Shown: positions 54,893-64,000 of the stretch, piece by piece | How the letters are laid out: each line of letters opens with the position of its first letter | Position numbering within the stretch: position 1 is the first letter of the stretch | Assembly (NCBI RefSeq): GCF_009914755.1 | Contig: NC_060942.1 | DNA: 64,000 nucleotides | From: the human T2T-CHM13v2.0 reference genome, Homo sapiens | Reading direction: 5' to 3' (one strand) | Translations under genes and position numbers: made by a program | The notes under the pieces: generated by a model | The model's database searches: none | What the model was told of the DNA's origin: nothing | Seen by the model: the letters and a program-made list of their open reading frames with translations, nothing else

Positions 54893-56181
54893 ATTTTTTC
54901 ATCTGATTCAAAAGCTAGAAGGAATAAAAAGGATAGAGGAAGAATGAATAATTCTATCTTCTGAAATTTTAAGGATTGCATTCTCAGTCCCCCACGGGAA
55001 CTGATTCAGTTCAATCAGTAAATCAACATTGATGTCATTCCAATATGTATTACCCTCCAAGTGACATCAACTGACGTCTGTGTTCTTTTTCACATTTTAC
55101 TCTTACTTGTGACAGCATTTGTATAAGTGAAAGTGAAATCATGCTTTAAGTAAATAAGCTGGTGGGTTGGCAGATTTTAGGGGATAAATACGCAGACTCA
55201 TCTTTCCTTGAATATGTCAGGAAACAAATCAGTTTTCCCTAAGTTTTTGAATCTTTCTTCTGGGAGGAAACTGGAGTCAACACCTCCATATTCCAGTCCC
55301 AATCTGACTGTGAAGATCTGCATTACCTCCCAATATCAAAGTCAGAAGCTGCAAAGAGGCAGAGTAAAAAGGTTGAATTGAAGGTGCCTTTATTAGTGCA
55401 CCCCTCCATGTTTTGGGCTATATGGGCTAAATAACAAAGAAACAAATGATACTTTTGAAAAATGTACTGTTATAAATTCGCATGTGGCTTTACAGATGAG
55501 ATCTATGAAGAGAGAGCCTTCTTTCCCTTAGAATGTGAATATCCTAATGTTTTGGCAGCTGGTGTGTTCTTCCCCTGTGGAATTGACGTTCTGAAAGGTT
55601 TGGTGAGAAGAGAGGGTCTGGATTTCTCAGTGGGAAGAAATTTGATTAGGAGCTAGGTGGAATACTACTATTTAATCATATCATGTTTATATTGTGTCAC
55701 TTATATACATCATATAATACTATATGTAATATATTTTCATTGTGGTTATTAATATGTACACAGTAATATAGTAGCAGAGAACTATTTAGAATTTTAATTT
55801 GTTGCCCTTTTGTAAAGCTCAGAAAAGTGTCCTCAGTTGATAAGACACTGTGAAGAAGGGTGTTTTCATAGAAAGGGAGGTGAGATGCTACCAAGGAAAG
55901 AATCCCCCAGGTGAGAAAAAAAATGTTTCCTACTGGCATAAGTGTAGAAAGATAAGTGAAAAGACAAAATACTAGCCACTTGACACTATTGAGCAGGTAT
56001 GATCAAACCATGACAAGAAAATATTTCCATACATTATTAGTCCTTACTTGTTGATAAATACAATATCAGTCGTTACAAACTGCTTACTTTGTTGGAGAAT
56101 ATCTGTTGAATATCAATGGCATTTTAAAACTCTCCCCTTTCCCCATTTTCCCTAGGTTAGAGAGCTAAAAGGCAAATATAA

Positions 56182-56310
56182 TTATTCATTCACTTTTAAA
56201 CAAATACTGGTTAAAAGCCAACTTAAGCTGAAACTGCACGCAGTTCAGGGGGCAACGGTGATGCAGACAGGAAAGAAATCTGCTCCAAAGGACTTTAGGA
56301 ATGTAACGAA
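56182..56310 (-). mobile_element. L2 3' terminal fragment
   Basis: ATTCATTCACTTTTAAACAAATACTGG...GGGGCAACGGTGATGCAGACAG. Confidence 0.5.
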
Positions 56311-58039
56311 GTATCTTTATTTCTTCTAACATTTAACATAATTCTAATTAGAGCACTTGGTTCCTTATGTTCGAAGATATCCAGTTGACAGTGTAATTAA
56401 GTGAGATCTTAGGAAGTATTTCTTTTCAACCCTATTCCCTTGTTATCATGGATTTTAAAGATCAATTATGCCAATTATGTTTGTTGTTTCATTTACTGGA
56501 TTTAAGGGCAGGCTACATTATGTGGTATCAATCATCTTCCAAGAATCAGTATGTTATTTGTGGTATTACTAAAATGTAATCTCTTACTTTGAATTTTTTT
56601 TATCCAAACCTTCAGACACATATGGATGCACATACACAAAGCAAAATAAATAAACAACAAATAAATAAGCGGTACAATTTCAACAGTAAGGACATTTGTA
56701 TGTTTTTTTAATAGAAAAAGAAAATTTGAAAATCAAGTTTATGCATTTATTTATACCTCAACAGTTTATTTTTCACACTGCTAATCTCAAAACCACTTCC
56801 CATTATGTATACTTTCATCTGTTCAGCTGTATTGTAGATAACCATGTTGTCAAAATAGCAAATATGTTTAATAAAGAGTTTCAAAAATCTTTCCTAGATG
56901 AATTAGATAGATGCATGGGCTGTAATATAGGCAGAAATTTTGCTTAGTCAAGAAAATGTAATTTTTCTTGAGTCAAAGGTCACAACTGCCTGTGCAGAAA
57001 TAACTCCTGTGTCATCCTTCACACTGTCCCTAATCTCAAGCAACTCACTAACAACCTGTATTGTTTCTTAATAGTTAAAACATTGTTGAAAAGCACATAT
57101 TTCTGTTTCGCTAAAGTCAAACAAATTTGCTCAGTGCAGAAAAAAGAAAAAAATTCAGAAATGATTTTTCCAATGGTGATTAATTTACTGCCAAGACACT
57201 TGATTTATCTCATTGTCTCATTTTAAAGCAGAAATAAATAGAAATGGGTGGACCAAATTTTCTGAATTAAGTAAATTTGTGAGATGTAGTTCACAGATTG
57301 TAATTCATGAGTCATATTTTATTTAAAATTTCATTATTTTTGTAGCTAGCTAGAGTTTTGAACATAAGAAGTGTTTTCTCTGATTATCTGAAGTTATAGA
57401 CTAAATGTCCATTTAGAAAGAATAGAGATCTAGTAAAGTTAATGCTGCTACGATTTCATGGCCAAATATTTTACATAAAGTGATCCCAAGTTAACAGATG
57501 TGTAGATGTTTAAAATGAATTCAAAATGACAATAGGTAGGCAAATGTATACTTTACAGAAAGGAAGTAACAAAACTGATGCCTGCAATGAAAGCCATGTG
57601 CTGCTAGGATCCTTCCTTAAATCACTGTCTAGTAGCTAGCCAGTACCTGGCTGATAGACCTTCAGTAGGCTGGATGTCATACTGAAGTATAGGTCCAGAA
57701 ACATCACTCCAATTTGTTAGTTTCAACATCTAACAATGATCATTTGTAGTAGATAGGCAGCTGTTTAACTAAAATTTATTATTTTCAATGAAGAAAATTA
57801 TTAAAGTGTACACAGACACATGCACACACAGTGCACATGGAGCCCAGGCATATAATTTAGTGGGAGGAATGAACTGCTAAATTATTCAAATAAAAATGCT
57901 TTAAAAGAAAATATTATAGATCAATAACATAAGTTTATTTTTTTTTATTTAAAGCAAGAATGAGGTTTTTGAATAATATCATCTTTATCTGTGTCATTAA
58001 TAATTGGAACTATTAGTATTTAAAGTTCAATAATAGAAT

Positions 58040-58310
58040 AATAATAGCAACACAGATTTGTAATACTTTTATCTGTTTATAGAAAGAATCCATATCCACT
58101 ATCTCATTGGAACTTCAGAATAGCCCTCTAAGTTTTAATTCTTTTTCACTCAAAGTAGTCCTTTAAAATAGAATTTAATACTGTTTTTCACTCACTTAAA
58201 ACAATGGATATTTGAGTAGTTGAGAGATTTGACAAAGGCCACATAGAACACGAGTGCCTGAGCAAAGAGGCTGACACCCTCCTACCTTCGCACTACAGCT
58301 CCCACTCCAC
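58040..58310 (-). mobile_element. MIR relic
   Basis: ATATCCACTATCTCATTGGAACTTCAGAATAGCCCT...GAGATTTGACAAAGGCCACA. Confidence 0.5.
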
Positions 58311-60986
58311 ATTCTATTGGTAGTAATTGAAGAACTGGATTAAAGAAAGTGGTTTTATTCCCCAGGCACTTGTTCATTTTTCCAAACCATTTTAAGATCA
58401 GCCTCATGTGACTCTTAACAATTATTTTCTCTGTTTCTTCTTAACTTCAAAATTTGCCACCTATTTATATTTATTATCAGTTTTCACATGCTGTTCTTCC
58501 CGTCGTGTTGTCTTCTTAAGTGTTAAGCTCGTTGTAGGCTCAGATGAAATCTATTTCTTCGTTCTTAACATCCCAGAAACTACTATGTTGCTTACGACCT
58601 AGGAGATTTTAAAGCTTATAAAAAGAGATCCACATTCAAATGTTTACTGGTTAATTTAATTCCTCTTCCTCTCTAGGATTTTACTGGGTGGAAATATGAT
58701 GACAGACTAATACCACACTTTAGGTAACTAATGTTTGCTCAATTGATCGATTTTGCTAAGTGTGTTAATGGTAACAACATATATTTGAGGAGAAGATATT
58801 TTCTAAATTATAGTGATCCTATTTTTCAAAAGAAAGATGAAATCAAAATTCTACTGGCTATAGGTAGAGATGCAATTTTATTATTTAAGGAACCATAGCT
58901 TAAAGGATAAATGAAAATTGTCCGAATGGTCTCCCTGCCATGTTTCAATAGACTTATGGCTTCACCAGCCAGTTTTACACCAAATATTTTAGTCCTGAAA
59001 ATCCATTGAAGATCAATGGATCTAAGTGAGGAACATATTTTTCCTGCAGTACTCCTCTGGGAGCTAGCTATACAGCTTATTTTTGATGATTAAATGTTTA
59101 TATGGAATTTCTAAGATGTTTGTTGGTTTCTATTCATCTTTCCCCAACCTAATGTATGTACTTTGGGGATTATTTCTGATGGAGTTTTACAGCTAGCTAT
59201 TAATTCTTAGATGTTGTTTTGTGATGCTGCTTTCTTTCTAGTTTTTCTTTTGTTGAAAAATAAACTTTTTTGTTACTTATGATAATTGAGACAAAAATTA
59301 GCCTTTTAAAGTACTCTGCGTTGGATCCATATGCAACGAAAATGCTCAAAATTAATGTGAGATTGTAATTGATCCTCTGGATATATTTAAATACACCCTC
59401 TGTGTGTACATGTGGCTGTGATATTTCTCACACTTTAAACTATTTTTACACGAGATAATAATAATCATTGAAATAAGGCAGCAATAACAAGTTTCCAAAG
59501 AAGCCAAAGGGCTGAGGAAGAGGGGCTTGGAAAAGAAAGGGAAAGAAGGATGGGAAATGTTTTGTCTCTGGTTTCTCAGCATCTCACCAGACTGTGAGTC
59601 CAGATGAGACCGTTTGCTTGAAAAAAACTGCATGTCATTGTCTCTGGCCCCTGTCTACCCCTACATATGACAGCATCTTGAAGTAAACCTTTCTGGATTT
59701 CCTAGAAGATGCCCTAAGGGAATTTCAAATGTGCTTGGTCACAAGTTCTCAAGGATATCAAAAATTTAGTCCAAGACAGCAGAGCACCGGACAGCTGCTG
59801 CCTGCCTCTCCCTGTGAACCTTTATGCTGATTCTGGACACATCTGTATCTACAGAAAATCCACATCACTGTTGAGCACCAGGACTTCTGCAATTAGGACG
59901 TCTTCTGAGTGCCTCTGACTCTGAAGCCCTCAGGTGCTACATCATGGTGTGAAGTAAAGGACAGGGAGCTCTTTTACTAGCTCTGGCCAAATATTGTAAA
60001 GAGGTGGTAGAACAGTAATATTTATGTTCCCAATGACAGCTTATGTGTTAGATGCCTTTCTTTTCCTCTCACCCAAAACACGTCTGATCTCATCAGGACC
60101 TGGACCCGGTCACGTGACAGACATCATGATGGGAAAGACTGGGTCCTGGGTTTACATTATCCACTTTGGCTTTCTCTCATTATGGCACATTCTCTTCCAT
60201 GAGACATTTCTATCCTTCCTACAAAAAAATTATGTTTTTAGTTAGATGTTGCTCTGAAACACACGGTCACAGGCATCTATGTCCAAGCAACCATTTGACA
60301 GAATGTGTAGGCTCCTGTGCTACCTAGATCTAAAGCTCTATTAAGGCAGCAAAGAGCTGGTAAAACTCCCCCATTATTTGTTTTTTCTAGCTCCTTCGTC
60401 TTCCCTGAGTTTAATGTGCTCTGTAAATTAGAAAAGTATGCCTAAACTAGAAAGTCACTTTTGCATTTGTTTCAGTGTTCAGGCATTATCCTAGTGTTTT
60501 ATTTCTTTTAGCATAGAAAGAAAAAAATATAAATGGAGAATAACTTTTTATAAAAGAGCAAATCAAATATTTCTCATTCAAAATGAAAATAGGCTTCTTG
60601 AGGCCTATCTATTTTATTTATCAGATTTACCCTAAAAAGAACTCTTAGGTCATATAGGTAGAAAGAACTCTCCTTGGGCACATATTTAGTGACTGTGTAG
60701 ACAGTATCACATGTCCTATGCTAACATCCTGGCTAATATTCACCTAGCAGAGATAGAAAACCATGCTCTGCTAGACTCTTCACTCAACATCTACTCTTTT
60801 AACAGACATTATATTATACTGTTTTAACCAGATTCTGGTCTACAAAATAAAAATTACATCTGTGTCTTAGTGAAGGGCTAAGAATATGCTTTCCTAAGAA
60901 AGCCAGAGATCCCTTTTCTACTTTTGGTTTTGTTTTATTATTTTATAATTGGGGGGAAAAACAAGCTAGGATTAAAAATTACACTT

Positions 60987-61345
<359 letters not shown>

Positions 61346-61774
61346 CTATATGAATTTCAAAAGTCCAACATCTTTTTCCTCAGTTAATTTGATTTGACTA
61401 TTCAGTCTTACACTATTTGTTTGTTTCACCCTTATCCATTGACTCAAACTATAAAAACAAGAATAAAATCCAAAAATCCTAGAAACAAACAGCAAAAAGG
61501 AACAGATAAATTAATAACTGGTATCACTATCACCCTACCATTTTGCTGGTTTTTGACCGAGAGTAAAGTCATATTTTGGTTTAGTCAAAACCTACTAGAT
61601 TCAAGAATAATCTGAAGATATAGAATCATATTAGTGGCTGTGGAATTCAATTGAAAATAGAATCATGATATGCAAATCTCTTAGATGTTATTCTTCTACT
61701 TACTTAATAAAGAAAATTGCCATTCCTACTCATAGCACAGTAATTTCTTAGAAATAAAATGCAGAAAGGTATTT

Positions 61775-61920
61775 GAAATGCATGTTTGGAAGTCAGGAAC
61801 ACCAATCAGCTTTGGAATATGGCCATTCTATGGCTGTACTACTTGATAGATCTATAGTCACGAACAAACACTTAGCCTCCTAGAATCTCAATTTCTTCAT
61901 CAATAAAATGGCAATAGAGG
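61775..61920 (+). mobile_element. MIR fragment
   Basis: CACTTAGCCTCCTAGAATCTCAATTTCTTCATCAATAAAATGG. Confidence 0.65.
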
Positions 61921-62619
61921 CCCAGATCAGAGGCTCTGCTTCTACAAAGATACATACCTAGCATGAATGCTGCGTGCCACTGTCAAATCATCTACGGAGG
62001 TGTTATGGAGAAGAAATGTGAAAATATAGAGAAGAAATATGTAAGACATCCTGCCATTGATGGGGGGCCCTGTTGGACCGGTGCATGCGTGTGTGTGTGT
62101 ATTTGAGATGGTGACTTTCACCTCCAATTAGGAGATAGTTCATGAAGGCCGTTTAGAAGCCACTCAATTTCTAGCCATTGCCTTAGGACAGTGATGGCCC
62201 CCACACTTGCGTAGACACAAACCTTCACCCAAATGTCTCAGGAGTAAATTCTGGGCAAGAGTGAGAGACCTGGACCTGAGAATAGATGAGGAAAAAACAA
62301 GACTTCTTTCACATTTTCCTTTCTAACACTCCGGAGCTCATAAATGTTAGTGAAATTAGTATCTCCTTCTAATGCTACTTGTTCCAGGGGCCAAAGATTG
62401 AAACCTTTGCCAGACAGCTTTATGGGATGAGAAGTAAATGTGGGAAATGTGTTTTGTTGTCTGGGGGTCCACAGTCTAGGATTCTTTTGTTTCTCATCTT
62501 TCCCACTGAAGGTCCTTGGAGCTGACTTTCTTAAGTAGTTCATCCCTAATAACCATTGCCAGAAAGAGTAACTAATATGGGGTTGAGGTAAGAGATTAAG
62601 GATTAAAAAAAATAAGACA

Positions 62620-63935
62620 CTTATGGAACAAAATATTTAGGAAAACATACTGGATTTTGGATTTCATCAGACACAATGATATTAAAAGTAAAAGACCAAG
62701 ATTTAAAATTAGCCTAAATCACCTACTAACAGAGGAAGATATTAGCCAGTAAAAGAAAACATATAAATATATATTTTAAAAACAGCCAAGCAGAAATTTT
62801 TGACATTAAAAATAAACCCAAAGAATATAGATGATGAGAGATAAAAATGGAAATTAATGAAATAGAAAAAAATGGTTGCAATATGGAAGGTCTTTTTTAA
62901 AAATGTTCTAAATATATAGGCAATCTCTAATTTTAAACTCTACAAAATTGTGAAACTTTGCTTATTGGAGACACTTTAGATAAAATGAAAAGGCAAATTA
63001 CAAATATAAAGATGTTTGTGAAACAGAAATACCAAAAATATTTTTAAAATACTTACAAGTGAACTTTTGTAAAGCACAGATAATTAATAAAAAATTGGCA
63101 AAACCTATGAATAAATATCTCACACCAAGGAAGCATATGCAGCTACTAAACATACGAAGAGATGCTGAAGGTCATTAATAATCAGATAAATGCAAATCAA
63201 ATGCAAAACTTGCAATTGTACTGCTATGGACCATACTGAGGTAACTTTTTTTAAAAAATCCATTTGGTGGACAGGTGATTAACGTCCAAATATAAACTAA
63301 AGGAATGCATGTGGTTACTCTTCTATTGCTAGTGGAAGCACACACAGGTACAACCACTTTGGAAAATCATTTGGCTTTATTTCTTAAAGTTGAACATGCA
63401 TATTCAGTTGTATAATGAAATGCAAATCTTGCAATTGTATGACTCAGTACACAGAAAAAAATATTGAGAGCAACACTATTCATAATAGCAGCAACCGGGA
63501 AACAACCAAAATGCCCATCAAAAGGTGAATTATGAAAATAATTATTGTATATTTATTAATGCACAATGAATTTTATACAATATTATAGGCAATACAGTAA
63601 TATCCAACAATATGGATGAATCTTAGCAGTCTCACGTTAAAGTGGAAAAAAGTTAATTATAACAAGTGATAGCATAATACAATTTTATAAATATATATTA
63701 TTTTAGGGGCTCTTTCATTTTTAGGGGTGTGTGTTGATACAATAACTGTGTTAATGAATCAAATGGTTTATGTGGAATTTAGCTGGGAAATTATTTCTGG
63801 AAGGGACTAGATGGGGTTAAGGGGTCAAGTAGATGGACATGGAGATTATTTTCAAGGTCCTATCTCTCCTTTGCAGTAGTGAGTTTGTGGGTGATTAATA
63901 CATTTTAAGTCAATAATTAAATAGCAAGTAAACTT
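62620..63935 (+). mobile_element. Decayed L1ME-like 3' portion
   Basis: AAACATACGAAGAGATGC, GGTACAACCACTTTGGAAAA, CACTATTCATAATAGC...AAACAACCAAAATGCCCATCA, CAACAATATGGATGAATCTT. Confidence 0.75.
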
Positions 63936-63971
63936 AAAAAAAAAGAGAAAGAAAAGAAAAGAAAAGAAAAA
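63935..63971. repeat. A-rich / (GAAAA)n repeat
   Basis: Direct reading. Confidence 0.85.
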
Positions 63972-64000
63972 GTCCAAGTATGCAGCAATGTTGAAAGTAT

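Overview
AT-rich, CpG-poor primate (human-like) genomic DNA that is intergenic or deep intronic. I see no intact cellular protein-coding gene, RNA gene or CpG island. The ORF track is explained by L1 remnants, Alus, LTRs, microsatellites and chance ORFs. The window is a layered record of transposons. It holds a near full-length L1PA5-like element (24220-30326) nested in an older 5'-truncated L1PB1-like element, and nine Alus (J, S and Y types). It also holds an HSMAR2 mariner cut by a MER66/MER4-group ERV1, a Tigger1 carrying a nested piggyBac MER75, solo LTRs (THE1D, MLT2A2, MER67, MLT1), and MER20, MER33, L2, MIR and L1M relics. Subfamily names come from recalled consensus sequences, not from a database search. 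I found no novel multi-gene system. The most notable signals are: (1) a probable L1 3' transduction of about 190 bp enclosed by the target-site duplication (TSD); (2) an AluY with two templated-insertion-like scars; (3) two short, high-identity dispersed direct repeats at 45.8-49.4 kb; (4) an old ~0.5 kb tandem duplication inside the ERV; (5) an L1 ORF0 remnant; (6) a few candidate enhancer motif clusters and candidate non-coding exons.
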